Notes under the pieces: generated by a model
Told to the model about the DNA's origin: nothing
Database searches by the model: none
The model's input: the letters and a program-made list of their open reading frames with translations, nothing else
In this document: piece by piece, positions 4,253 to 4,346 of the stretch
Numbering within the stretch: position 1 is the stretch's first letter
How the letters are laid out: each line of letters opens with the position of its first letter
Translations under genes and position numbers: made by a program
Source of the DNA: a virus
Lineage: Duplodnaviria > Heunggongvirae > Uroviricota > Caudoviricetes
Strand: one strand, 5' to 3'
Length of the DNA: 4,346 nt
Virus record (IMG/VR): IMGVR_UViG_2681813320_000022

Positions 4253-4346
4253 TAGTGTTTTATGTTCAGATAATGCCCGATGACTTTGTCATGCAGCTCC
4301 ACCGATTTTGAGAACGACAGCGACTTCCGTCCCAGCCGTGCCAGGT
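4231..4346 (-). mobile_element. IS1 insertion sequence, right-end inverted repeat plus 3' part of insB (partial; continues beyond the window)
   Basis: 4231..4253 GGTAATGACTCCAACTTATTGAT is the IS1 terminal inverted repeat. The following 93 nt match, from memory of the well-known IS1 sequence, the reverse complement of the IS1 right end (...CTGCATGACAAAGTCATCGGGCATTATCTGAACATAAAACACTATCAATAAGTTGGAGTCATTACC). Confidence 0.9.
4246..4346 (-). CDS. insB: IS1 transposase InsB, C-terminal end (partial; 5' part lies outside the window)
   Basis: The minus-strand reading ends ...[29 protein letters not shown] with its TAA stop at 4248..4246 inside the terminal inverted repeat, as in canonical IS1. Confidence 0.8.

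Noticed and set aside
1-4346. CRISPR arrays, tRNA/rRNA genes, intrinsic terminators
   Set aside because: No spaced direct repeats, no cloverleaf-compatible segments and no GC-stem plus U-tract terminators were found on inspection of either strand.

Overview
This window reads as the integration-proximal accessory region of a lambdoid-type prophage in an enterobacterial (E. coli/Shigella-like) replicon, ending in an IS1 insertion. All calls are from reading the sequence and the ORF track by eye; no database search was possible. Minus strand: an excisionase-like gene (104..355) and a 677-codon ORF (428..2461) whose C-terminal ~180 aa carry a complete DEDDh (DnaQ-like) 3'-5' exonuclease motif set, preceded by a CxxC-x7-CxxC zinc ribbon and an acidic/His-rich linker. 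A probable integrase start sits at the left edge. Plus strand: a small ORF coupled by a GTGA overlap to a short SAM-dependent DNA methyltransferase-like ORF (2648..3004), then an AT-rich gap and a cluster of small, mostly acidic ORFs (3267..3902). Each of these carries a single in-frame TAA or TAG after which the same frame stays open and coding-like. A strongly ribosome-bound hydrophobic ORF (4157..) runs directly into the inverted-repeat end of an IS1 copy (4231..window end, minus orientation, 3' end of insB). The most unusual signals are the regularly placed in-frame stops, a GNRA hairpin between a consensus Shine-Dalgarno and its start codon, and the multi-domain exonuclease. No rRNA, tRNA or CRISPR array was seen.
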